A DNA stretch of 64,000 bases from contig OX597818.1 in the NCBI GenBank assembly GCA_951406725.2, positions 146,878,001 to 146,942,000 on the forward strand. The letters are read 5' to 3'. This document shows, one piece after another, positions 13,265-25,354 of this stretch. Position numbers and translations under genes: made by a program. This stretch comes from Octopus vulgaris (Eukaryota). The notes beneath the pieces are model-generated. The model saw nothing but the letters and a program-made list of their open reading frames with translations, was not told where the DNA came from and searched no databases. The first letter of the stretch is position 1; each line of letters opens with the position of its first letter.

Positions 13265-13595
13265 AAGGTAAAGACCCCCTTCGGTCATGAATGACCATGG
13301 GATTGCACCTAGAAAGTTACCCTCCTAGACACAAGTCCGGGCAAGGTTTTTTATTGAAGACCAGCAGTCGCCCATGCATACCAGCCTCCCCTCTCCACGC
13401 CACCAGTGTTATCCAAGGGAAAGACAAAGGTCGATAAAGCTTGGCACCAGTGACGACGCAACTCATTTCTACAGCTGAGTGAACTGGAGCAACGTGAAAT
13501 AAAGTGCCTTGCTCAAGAACACAACACGCAGCCCAGTCCGGGATTCGAGCTCACAACCTCACGATCGTAAGCTCGACGCTCTAACCACTGAGCCA
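13265..13595 (-). mobile_element. Young tRNA-derived SINE with CORE-like body
   Basis: Minus strand tggctcagtggttagagcgtcgagcttacgatcgtgaggttgtgagctcgaatcccgg has clear A and B boxes, then ttcttgagcaaggcacttta. CpGs are retained. Confidence 0.85.
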
Positions 13596-14809
13596 AATCA
13601 GAAAATCAAAATATGGTTTCAGATTCTAATGATTGTTAAAATCGAAGTAAATTTGATTCGGTTGGAACACAACTCCTAATCTTGATTCAATGATAACATA
13701 CCTAATAATCTTGGTCCATTAAAAACTTGTCCTCTAGTCTTCATTCAGCAGGAATTTATCCTCTAGCATGTTAGATGAGATGTCTTATGGTGTTTGTTCC
13801 AATTCTCTGTGTTCTGAATTCAAATCCTGCCGTGGTCTACTTTATTGATAGGTTTGACACCTCCATCACCACCACCACCATCTGACACTTTAAGATCCTT
13901 AAGTAGAATCTGCTCTGTTGTAAGCATTCAATCTCTGATGCAAGAATCTCATGCTCCCACCTTCTCGCTAGTATCAGAGGCCTTATGAAAGGTTCATGGG
14001 TGCTTCCACTTCACTAAAACATATATTTTTAAAAATAGAGCACTTTTTGGACATCAAAATCTTGTTTACCTTATTTCATATGGTTAATTACTGGTTCCAC
14101 TTTTTATCATACCAGTAATATTCAGTATGGCAACAAGATGACAATGTAGGAAATTAGTCACTGTATTTATGTATAATTTGTTTAATCTTTTATTGGATTC
14201 AGTGTCTGGACTATGGCTATGCTGGGGCACTACTGTCAAAACTTTTAGCTGATCATATCATTCCCTGTAATTCTATTACCAGCTACAATATTTTTTATTT
14301 AATTAAATTGCTAATTACATTTTCACACAAAGGGAGACATCTCAACACACTCATTAACATGTACATAGTTAAAAATCATACTGACTGTACTATCCAAACA
14401 TGAGACAAGATACAGCTCACATATAATTTTTGTAGTGGTTAAATGATATTTAACTCTCACTGGATTGGCTCCTACTTTATTGATTCAACCACTAAGCAAG
14501 CAATACATACTAGTATGTGGGGGGTGCATATTACTTACAACAGAAACCTGCAGTGACTATAACAGAATAACAGGCACTCAAATTCATATATAACTATATT
14601 TTTAAGTTTATTCTAAGCTTGAAAAAAAAAACAATCAGTAAAGAGTTAAGTGAATTTAAAATTTGGTAAACTGACTTGGAATTGATATACTTAACAGTAA
14701 ATATGTTAATAGTATGTTGGTATGTCCATAAAATGTTTTAGCTGAAAACTCTCCATAAAAGGTGAAATTATTTCAAATCTTGCTAAAATGTCTTTATTAT
14801 TATTATTAA

Positions 14810-15245
14810 GATGGCAAACTGACAGAATCATTAGAGAAATAAGAATGCTTTGCAATATTTGTTCTCATTCTTTGCATTCTTAGTTCAAATCTCACTTAGG
14901 TCAACTTTGACTTTTATCTTTTTGAGACCAATAAAGAACCAGTTAAGAACTGAGGGTCAATGCAATCAACTAACCCCTACCCTTCAAAATTGCTGGCTCT
15001 GTGCCTAAATTAGAAACCATTATTTCAATCCTTTCTATTATTGGCACAAGTCTTGAAATTTCGAGGGAGAGGAACAGTCAATTACATTGACCCCAGTGCT
15101 TAACTAGTATTATTTCATCAACCCCAAAAGGATGAAAGGCACAGTCAAACTCGGCAAAATCTGAATTCAATAAATGAAGATAGGAAAAATGCTGCTAAAC
15201 AGTTTGTCTGGCATACTAACAAATCTGCTAGTTTGCTGCCCGAAA
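14810..15245. mobile_element. Two family B SINEs in tail-to-tail inverted orientation
   Basis: ggcaaactgacagaatcattag...gagttcaaat...tttatcttttg (plus, to ~15020), followed by the reverse-complement copy ending gctagtttgctgcc. Confidence 0.75.
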
Positions 15246-17549
15246 ACCATAATTATAATGGTTTCATTATTTCTTTACTTTATGCAAACTGCTCCAAATC
15301 TCACACAGATGCCTCAAGTAACAGCAAGTTAGACATTTTACTAATTATGAGTAGCAATGATATATTTCCAGAAAAGGGGACCAAATACTGAGAATTAAGA
15401 TTTTATTAAAAGTATGTTGTGATATTTGAAATTTTGAAAGATTTTTGAAGATTCAGATATTCTCAGTTAAAAGCATTTTTTCTTGGGATGTGGGCTGTTT
15501 CCATGAAAAAACTATTTTGTATTTCTAATATTTTTCAGTTTCATGCTATTTGATCGTTGCATTTAAGAGTGCTATTTGGTATAATCTCCAAAGCTTCAAT
15601 GATCACATGCACAGTTGATGTTCTCAGGTATCACATTTTAGAAACTTCACTTTCAAGATTCTTGAATTTATTTAACTTTTCAAATGTTTTCACAGATGTT
15701 GCAGTTTGATGGGGTTTCTATATCCCTGAGCATATTATTAAGACAGTAAGCAGCATTTCTTATTGCTCTTTGTTTTGAGTTCAAATACCACTGCTATTTC
15801 TTGCAGATTGAGTGACTGTGTGGTGTTTCTTTTGTTGGCTTGGCTTGTCAGAGTGTAACACATGCCATTGACTAAATAAGAACCATGGAATTTTTTGCCA
15901 GCTGATACCCACAAGTTAAAAGCAAAATGAGGAGCATCTGTTTTGTCAACTGAACTGCAAGAAATAGCAACTAAATCTCCCTTAAAACATTCTGCACCAT
16001 TTCCAAAGAATGTGTGACACATATAATGTAGTCCTAGACACTTGTAAAAAAGCCAAAAATACAAGGTGTAATAATCACAGCTAAAATGTTTCGATCATAC
16101 ATTTGCTTGTTCAGGGGTGACCTAGGGCTGAACAGCAATAGTAGCAATTAGTCATGACTCCTCAGCTTGAGTTTTCAATTAGCATTAATTTCAAAACCAC
16201 TTGATTACGAGTACTTTTAGCAATATCCTGAAAGCACAAAGAGCTGAATCTAACAAAGCAACATGTAATACTAGATATAATTTAATTGACAATATACTTG
16301 TCTATTTGTCATCTCTAATATCTGTCAATATTAAGCATCTATTAGCATTGATGTATATATTTTTTCAATTTTTTTTTCCTCATCTTAACAGAAACAATTT
16401 CACCATCCAGCCATCTCAGCCAATGCAATTTCCAAGAGCAGCAAGGCAGTATGGCAGTTTAGTGAAAGTGTAATCCATTTTGACAAGTCTACATTTCAAC
16501 ATTATCATTGAATAGATTGGTGGAGCATCTGACAAAATAGCTTGCAGTATTTAGTTGTGTTTTTTTTTTATATTCTGAGTTCAAATCCCACTAGGTTTGA
16601 CTTTGCCTTGCATCCTTCCAGGGATCAATAAAATAATTTGCCAATAAAGTACTGAAGTTGATTCATTCAACTGAATGTGTCCCTCAAATTTGTGTTCTTG
16701 TTGTCTATATTAGAAATCAAGAATATTATTGGCTAAATAGAGTGAATGGTATAAATTGCAGGCCGCTGGTTGAAATACTGTGTAACATTTAGTTGTGACT
16801 CCTTTACATTCTGAGTTCAAATCCTATTAGAGTCAATTTTGTCTTTCATTCTTCCAATGTCAGTAAAATAATTGCTGAGGAAGTTCTGGAGTCATTTTAA
16901 ATGGTTGTAAATGTCATTTCCTTGCTTTGAGTATTTGAGCCTTTGTCAGAAATAACTATTGCTACTAACCAGATCAAGATTCCTTTAATACTCTACCAAA
17001 TTAACAAATGTAATTAAGCAAGTTTGACCATTTTTAGTATAGCCAGTTTGACCCAACTTTTACTGCAGGTATAAAACATCTTCCATCATACATCATTCAT
17101 GTTACATGTCTGTATCTGTGCAGCCACCACATCTACTAAACATTGAGAAATACCTTTGATATTCAGTCACTTTCTAAACAAGCATTCAGTCTTTCATGTA
17201 ATAAATAAAATTCAGTCCATGGTGGTTGTCAATGCTGTCAAAAGCTATTCAGTGAAATAAAGAATTTAGATATGTTCTTATGATATGAATGGGATGTAAC
17301 TTCTCAGGTTTCAAGCAAAATCCCTTTGCCAGAAAGATAGCATTTTATATTGTTATATTTTTCATTAAATTTGTGAATTTTATGAGTCGATGTATTTCAA
17401 TATATTTATTGCCAGCAGCTTCAAATTTCTACACTCATTGCTTTTACTTCCCTATCTCACAGATCACACTCCTAATATGTATTATCAAGTTAGTCTTTTC
17501 TTCACAGTGGAAAAACCCTACATCAACAGCTAAGATAATGCTTCCTTAA

Positions 17550-17769
17550 CCCTTTTATTACCATATTTCTGTTGAGATGCTCTGTATTTCTTTCAATTAA
17601 TTTTAAATATAACAAAGGATTTAATAAAATAACTTAGTTATCATTAAGCTAGTATTAGGAATATAAATTGTGACTAAGGTTTAGTGGAAGATTTTAATTC
17701 AGAACTTCTGAAAACAGGAAATTTGTACTACAGAGCCAAGGGCAGTTTCAGGCAGGTTGGTATCAAGAG
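17550..17769. mobile_element. piggyBac-type MITE
   Basis: TTAA at 17546-49 and 17770-73, CCCTTT left terminus. Homologous to 23445-23657. Confidence 0.75.
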
Positions 17770-18667
17770 TTAAGCTTCACTTTGTTCTTATTGTAATTAT
17801 TATTTTCTCTAAACACCTTAACAGCAGTGTTTATAGTACCTAAGATGATAAGCAGAATGGAGTAACTCCATAAACAGAACGGAGCTACCCACTTGATCAA
17901 CACTGTCTTAATGTAGTGAGTGGTATCTATATAACACAGCTAAATATAACAAAGCCCTAATTTGCAGTGTAAGGCTCAACAGATTTTTCTACTTTCTGCT
18001 GCTGAGTATTACATGAATATCTGCTATGATGACATTTTTTAGCAGTGTTGTATGGTGATGCTTGTCCCAGGGTGTGTCACTCTACTGATCCTACTACCTT
18101 GGCATAACTCTTTTACTCTTGTACCTCTTTCTGGAACATTGCCTTGAAGGATTTAGTCAAGAGAGTACAAGAATGACAGTGGCACTTATTCTATTGTGCT
18201 CTCTCTCATGCTCCCTCTCTCCTCTCTCTCTCCTCTCCCTCTCTCCTCTCTCTCTCCTCTCTCTCTCCTCTCCCTCTCTCTCTCTCTCAGATGCTAATTT
18301 ACAAAGATGTACATATGCACTCATACATGCATACACAATGAGTTTCCATACAGTTTCCCCTCTACCAAATCCACTCATGGTCTAGAGCAATACGAGAAGA
18401 AACTTGCCCAAGCTATCACACTGTGATACTGAACCCAACACCATGTAGTTGCAAAGTGAATATGCTAACCATGCAGCCAAGTGTAAATATTCAAACTTTG
18501 AGGTTTTTCTGTGCACATACAGCAAAAAGATCTGTAAACTATAAATGGTTAATAGTGTCTGTGTTGCTCAGCCATTAACAAAACATTTTGGTAAAGTATG
18601 TAAAAGTGTTCAGGTTTTATTCATTGTGTTTAAATTTTTTACAAGATGTTTTTCCAATCAATGTAGG

Positions 18668-18831
18668 TGCAGGTGTGGCTGTGTGGTAAGAAGTTTGCTT
18701 CCCAGTCACATAGTTCTGGGTTCACTCCTGCTGTATGGTATCTTGGGCACATGTCTTCTACAATAGCTTCAGGCCAACCAAAACCTTGTGAGTGAATTTG
18801 GTAGGCAGAAATGGAAAGAAGTCCATCGCGC

Positions 18832-18882
<51 letters not shown>

Positions 18883-19070
18883 ACCACCACTTGACCACCA
18901 GTGTTGAAGTGTGTACATTCCTGTAATTTTGCTATTTGGTAAAAGAGGCCAACAGAATAAGTACTAAGCTTTAAAATGTAGTAAGTAGTGGGATTCATTT
19001 GTTTGACTAAAAGTGCTTCCAGATGTTGCTTCAACCTGGCTGCAGTCATGACAAAAAAGCAAAACAGTAA
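18668..19070 (+). mobile_element. tRNA-derived SINE, family A
   Basis: Same head, body and tail as the other family A copies, with internal (TG)n. Confidence 0.8.
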
Positions 19071-20526
19071 CATTCAGTTGTGTTTTTGAGGGTGAGTGGA
19101 ACATCTGCAGTGGCAGAAAATCAGATTATTTAAACCTGGAATAGAGTGAGGGCTAAATTTGGCCAATATATGTTTATGTATTAATATAGTTTCTACTACA
19201 ACTATAGAATATATTTCTGTTTCTATTGCAACACACATATTTTTGCTTATTTTTATATTTTGCTTCTTTTTTATTTTTATATTTTTATTTTTATAAATAA
19301 ACTTTGTATTGTTGTTTAGCCCAAGGTCAGCCCTGATGAAGCAGACCTATGATCAAAGGCAATCCAGTCATTTTATGTCTCTAAGCTATTACATTTTCCA
19401 ATGTATTTTTTTTTTTTTATTTAGAAGAGTATGATTTGAGGGCGATCTAGTGACTCTTCCTAGTACATCTAACAACTAAATAATAGCTCCCTTACCCTCA
19501 TTAATGCATTATATTATTTCACAAAAAGGGTGAAGAGAAATGTGGTTACATACATGTACATACACATTTTCTATAAAATATTTTAACATAAAATTCAGTT
19601 GAGATTGTATTTGAACAACAGGTTTTATGGTCATTTAAGACATTACAGCAAAAATTAATATTTTCTAAACAATATTGAATATTGCTCACCAACTTACCAA
19701 GTAGTTTGTTTAAAAAAATTTATTATAAATTCATTAAAATCAATTTATGGCCACCTTAAAATGTAATAGGTTATACATTTTATTTGAATAGTAACCATAT
19801 TTTATCTTCAAAAAATATTTAATGGAGAAACTAAAATAGCAAATTCTAATAACAAAAAAATGTTAATTTAAGCCGATTTTAGTATTTTTATCATCATGTT
19901 TTTTCCAAAATCAAATATGCTATTTGTCCCCCAAGAAAGATCTCAAAAACTTACTGCATGTCCTTGAGAAAGCTTAGTTTTCAAAAGCCAATTTTATCTC
20001 CAGAGAAGGATTATTTCTGTTAAACTTATCATGTCTCCATACTGTACAAAAGGAAGGAAAAAAATGCAGACTATAAGTGATCAATAAGATTTCTATTCTT
20101 TTATTCTTTCAACCTTGAATTTTTAGTCAATCATATGAAAGGCAAAGTTGATCTCATTGTGATCTGAATTCAGAGCACAGAGTGTTGCAACAAATACTGC
20201 ATTGCACACTTGGCTGTCAAAACTTGCATCTGTAACTGTTCTTCCTTTTAAATATTATTTTAGAGTCTTAATCATAGCCTCATCTTTATAGTTATTATGT
20301 TATTCTTTTGTTAGTGTTGAACTTAGGAAATGATCTTAGATTCAATAATTTTACTCCAGCAATGATTTGGAAAAATATTCATTTGCTTAACTCTTTTGAA
20401 TTCACTGTCTGACACCTCACTTGACTCTTTTGATATGAAAAACCAAATACAATATTTTCATATTTAAATTAAATCATTCCTTCATAATTTTATGTAAGAA
20501 CCTTTTCTTTGTTTTTTAATTTACAT

Positions 20527-20672
20527 AGGTCATGGACAACCTGCAGATCACAAAACTTTCTAAATGGGGTAGCTAACAAAAAATAAGTTTGAATATTTTG
20601 GTAGTGAAGCCCACCTAATGATGAGCCCATGCCTGATGCAGCCTCCCTCTCAAAAATGATTGCCCATTCCTG
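20527..20672. mobile_element. Possible hAT-type MITE remnant
   Basis: Imperfect inverted ends taggtcatggacaac / attgcccattcctg, with a similar gcccatgcctg motif internally. Confidence 0.35.
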
Positions 20673-21732
20673 CTTTGTCATATATATATCAGTTTAGTAT
20701 ATCAATAAATAAATGAGTCAATGAGAGACTCTGCATGATTACTCAATATATTAGAAATAATAGTCAAATATCCCATAAATAATGAGGTAATATAAACTTA
20801 AATACTCTAAGTGATGATTAGAATCTTTTTGACTATAGGTCAGCATGACTAGAATTGAACTGAAATTAGACAACAGCAATAAAATGAAAAAGTTTTCGAT
20901 TTTTTTTTTTCTTTTTTAATCCCTTGTTCAGGTGGAACAGATGTGCCCATAACCCTTTTTAGAGTCTCTGAGCCTGGTGAGAGAGAGAGAGGAGATATGT
21001 GACTCAAATGCTTTCAACAGAATGAAGTTTGCTGAAAATACCCAATGGCTAAGTAACGGTGTTAATCCGGGCAATGAATTAAGCCTCCTACCAAAATAGG
21101 CCACAGAACAATTTGGATTCAGGATTCAAAGAATCTAAACAAATACCACAAAACATAGAATAGAATATTCTAACAGTTCCTCTTGTCCACTACCTTGACC
21201 TAATACCTTCTTTATCAACCCCAAAAGGATGAAAGACAAATTGACTTTAGTGGGATTTGAACTCAAAATGCAAAGATCCAGAGCAATACTGCAAGGGATT
21301 ACATTTGATGGTTTAATGCTTCGGACAATTCATTATGTTTCACTAAATCCTAAATTCCGTTTTTTTTTTTTCCCCAAATTCATTAAAACATAATATTTGA
21401 ATAAATTTGATCCGTGAAAAGGTTAATGCTGTCAGGGTGATGATTTTTCTGACTAAATAACTATATTTAGTTTTGAATCTACATTTTGAGCTCATTACTG
21501 TGCCTATCCTGGTTTTAGAATGGATATACAGTATCCCTGCATTGTTGTAAGAGGCTATTAAACAGACTGGTACTAAAAAGACATATGGTTGTAAAAATCA
21601 ATTTTTGATGAAATCAGTAACAGTAATACATAAGGGTTTGATTCATTCAACTTTATTCCTTCTCTTAGAAGTATTGGACTTTTCCCTAACAAAAAGTATT
21701 ATTAACATGATGAATGCAACTGGAAAAGGGGA

Positions 21733-21935
21733 TTGGCAGAATTGTTAGAGTATTGGACAAAATGCCTGGTATTTTTTCTGGCCCTTTACAGTTAGAGTTC
21801 AAATCCTGCCAAAATCAATTTTGCCTTTTATTTTTCCTCCTTCTGAGATCGATAAAGTACCAGTTAAGTAATGGGGTCAATATAATTGACTAACACACTC
21901 CCTTAAAATTTGGGTCTTTTTGCCTATCTTAGAAA
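21733..21935 (+). mobile_element. SINE family B
   Basis: ttggcagaattgttagag...gagttcaaatcctgcc...ttttgcctttt...gataagtaccagtt...ggggtcaatataattgact. Confidence 0.75.
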
Positions 21936-23444
21936 CAATTAGTGTGAGGAATATCCCTGGCTTGTTCACTCTTTATGATCAATATTTGCTTGATATAAGA
22001 ATCATTCAATGATATGATAGACTTGTCAGCCTGAGACCATTTATGAAAACTGGTTCTAACATTAGTAATTTCAATCTTCAACAAGTGTCTTTAGCAGATA
22101 TATTTTTTTTTCCTTTATGAAACGATCAACACAACCACCCAACCTGAATTTAAATGAGTTGTGATAAGCTAAAGTGAATGCAAAATGATAGGGAAATATC
22201 AAAAATGTTCAACATCACTCAAATCTTATGAATTCCTCAAATTAATGCCTGCTTGTCATGGAATGCATTAATGTCATATTTCATTCCTTTCAGAGATTAA
22301 GATATTAAGTGCATTTAAATGCCTGTCATGTCATCCCTGCAGTAGTCACTCTAGGATATGCATAAGCTACACAAATTTTACTGCACTTTTACTGCAATTA
22401 TATCGTCTTACGCAGTCAAAAGATTAATTTTAAACATTCTCCTTAGAATAGCATGCATTGACATAGATAGAAATTTTCAAGGAAAGATTTTCAAAAAATT
22501 TACTTTACAATGAATTGCTCAGTTGACCCTATTTTGTAACTATTCATAAAGCAAAGCTCTGTCTGAAGAGCAATACCAAGTTGATGAAATTTGTTACAAT
22601 TTTAATTAAGCAATTTTTGACAACAAATCACAACATATCTTCAAAGGTCTCCATCTCCTGTCATTGCATCTGCAGGGCCCAATGTACCTTGCTTATTCTA
22701 TCTTTCAGTCATGGAGGCTTTTTAACTTTGAGTTACAAGGCAACGTCACTAGTGCTGGTACCATGGAAAAGGTATCCAGAACACTCTACACTATAAGGTG
22801 GTTAACAAATCAAGCAGAAACAATGCAAGGATGGGGAGGACTTCTTAGGGGACTACCAAGAGGGCTGAGAGTGACAATGGAAGGTTGAGAGGACTATCAA
22901 GAACAAGACAAGCTCTAAGATTGTGCCTTTAAAAAATGCACTCAGTACACTCTGTAAAATGGTTGGTGTTAGGAAGGGCATCCAACTTTAGAAGTCATGT
23001 CAAAACTAGCATTGGAGCACGATGCAGTCTTCCAACCTATTGGATCCTTTTGAACCATCTAATCCATGCCAGCACGGAAAGCGGTTGTCAAATGAGGATT
23101 AGCTACATGAATGCAGTTCTGTCTCATTATATCAGTTTAATTAAATATCTTTTGCTTCTATTCATCATTTAATTTAGTTGATTAATTCCTCTATTTTATG
23201 GATGCTGTTATCACCAGCATCTTCATTGATAATGACATATTTGTGTTTGTTCTACAGTAAATATTGCATCTTTACACTGTTTGGCTTTATATCATGTTAT
23301 CAGCCATTAAACATTTTAAGTGCTTATTCCCCATACTGACATTGTTTCCATTTGAAAACTCTTCTTTTCAATTCTATCTTTTGTCTTTACAAATATATAA
23401 AACTTGATAAACTAAAAAGTGTAATTGATGTTAGACAGGTTTAA

Positions 23445-23657
23445 CCCTTTCGTTACTGTATTTCTTTTGAGATGCTCTGTGTTTCTTTCAATTACTTTAA
23501 TATAACAAAGAATTTAGTAAAATTATTTGGTTATCATTAAGCTAATGTTAGGAACATAAATTGTGACTAAGGTTTGATGGAAGATTTTAATTCAAACCTT
23601 ATGAAAACAAAACATTTGTACTCAGAGCTGGTTTCAGCCAGGTTGGTAACGAAAGGG
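23445..23657. mobile_element. piggyBac-type MITE
   Basis: TTAA at 23441-44 and 23658-61. Perfect 12-bp TIR ccctttcgttac/gtaacgaaaggg. Confidence 0.85.
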
Positions 23658-25354
23658 TTAAGTAAAGAGTCTGTGTTCATTGCGTATCCAAGAACTTGGA
23701 TCAGTAATGTGGTTTAGTCTTAATCAACGTGCTATTAGCAGGAGTCTCTTCTTGGTAACATTTGAGGTAGAAAAAACTCCAGCAATTGTGATGCAAACTA
23801 AATCCACTCAGTTTTTCAACCTCAGGCACCACAATACTGTGGCAGTAACAATAGTTATAAAAACAATGGTACATGTATCCAACATTGAAAATAAATTTAT
23901 TTTCAATACCAAGTTAGAGCAGACATTGTGCATCACTGTGAATGTATGGAAACAACTGGATGCAGAGTTTTGTAGTAAATAGAAGAGCAAAGGATGAAAT
24001 AACAATTCAATTGTACCACTTTGTCTTGACCTTTCTCAGGCCTTTGTTTACCTTTTTTTATTCAGAGTTTCCAATAATAATAACAACAAGCATCACAGTC
24101 TGTAACCCAAAGCACAATATAAGTATTCACACAGAAACACATGCATACATATACATACATGCACACACACACACAAGCTAGGTACAGTTTGTCTACCAAA
24201 TTCACTCATAATTCATTTTCTTGGAGCTATAGTGGAAGACATTTACCCAAGATGCTCCACAATGTTAATAAATTCAAAACCACGTGGTTGGTAATGAACT
24301 TTTAACCTCCCAGCCAGACTTTGGCCTAACTAACTTTACGAACTACACAGTGATACATACATACACACATATGAGAGAGAGGCAGACAGACAGAGAGATT
24401 AAAAGGTATTATATTAGATAAATTAATTTATAAATATACAGACATTTTTTACTGAATTGTGTAAAGCTTCAAATATTTCTAGATGTTATTACTTTTACAG
24501 CTTTGTTTAAAATTCTAAATCTCAAAGAATTTTCCAAATATTAGCTCATCTCAGGGTAATGAGTTATGATTCTGTTTTAAGAACTGAAATGGGTGAAAAT
24601 TAGGTTAAGAAATATTTTTCCGTACCTTTTAAGCATTTGCAGAATATAAAGCAAGTGTGATGACATTGACAATTTATAGGTAACATCTGCATTTCGTACC
24701 CACCATCAAATTCCTTTAATAATTTCAATAAGATTGATTCTCACCACAAATGTACTTATTTTCTCAGTACTTTTTTTTTTGTACTTTTCATTGTTTGGTC
24801 AAGAGGAAAATACAGTATTCATAACCTTTTGATATCTCTCAAATATTGGATGCGATTGATGTAACTTATGCTTAGTTTCAATGTGTGTAAGTCAGCAAGA
24901 AAATGTTGGCTGGTAAGGAAATTCCAGACAGTTGACATTTTGAATAGGTTGGATAAAGTGGTCCATGTAGTGCCTAAGCAGTGAGACACTAAGCAGGAAA
25001 GACATGAGGAAGAGAGAGAGAGAGAGAGAGAGGGAGAGGTTCTGAAAGTGGTCTTGGGTGGAGGAGGTTGTACACAATTAGATAAATTGTCAAAACAAAA
25101 CCTGTCATAATAGTGTTAGAACAGGTGAAGTGGTGACAACATTTCTATGGAGAGTTTATTCAAGTGTAACAGTCCTCATTTCAGCCACCGCTGAGGAAGA
25201 CTGGTTAGAGTTGGTCTCCTTCATTGTGGTCCTTTTTGGGGGCCTGAAATCTTTATCCTTTGACCATCAGTCCAGCATGCTATCGGCTCTAAAACTGTGG
25301 ATCCCATTAGAATAATTAATTATATAATATATATATATATACATATATATATAG

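Noticed and set aside
13520-13595. Functional tRNA gene
   Set aside because: The tRNA-like head continues into a SINE body and lacks a proper acceptor stem and terminator.
14532-14570. Minus-strand microexon (9-18 nt) before GTAAGT
   Set aside because: Too short to distinguish from chance without transcript data.
19189-19232. Two X-box-like motifs (gtttctactacaac, gtttctattgcaac)
   Set aside because: Imperfect consensus matches with no nearby first-exon evidence.
23680-23982. 100-aa ORF
   Set aside because: No recognisable motifs or splice signals, and not ATG-initiated. Probably chance or decayed repeat.
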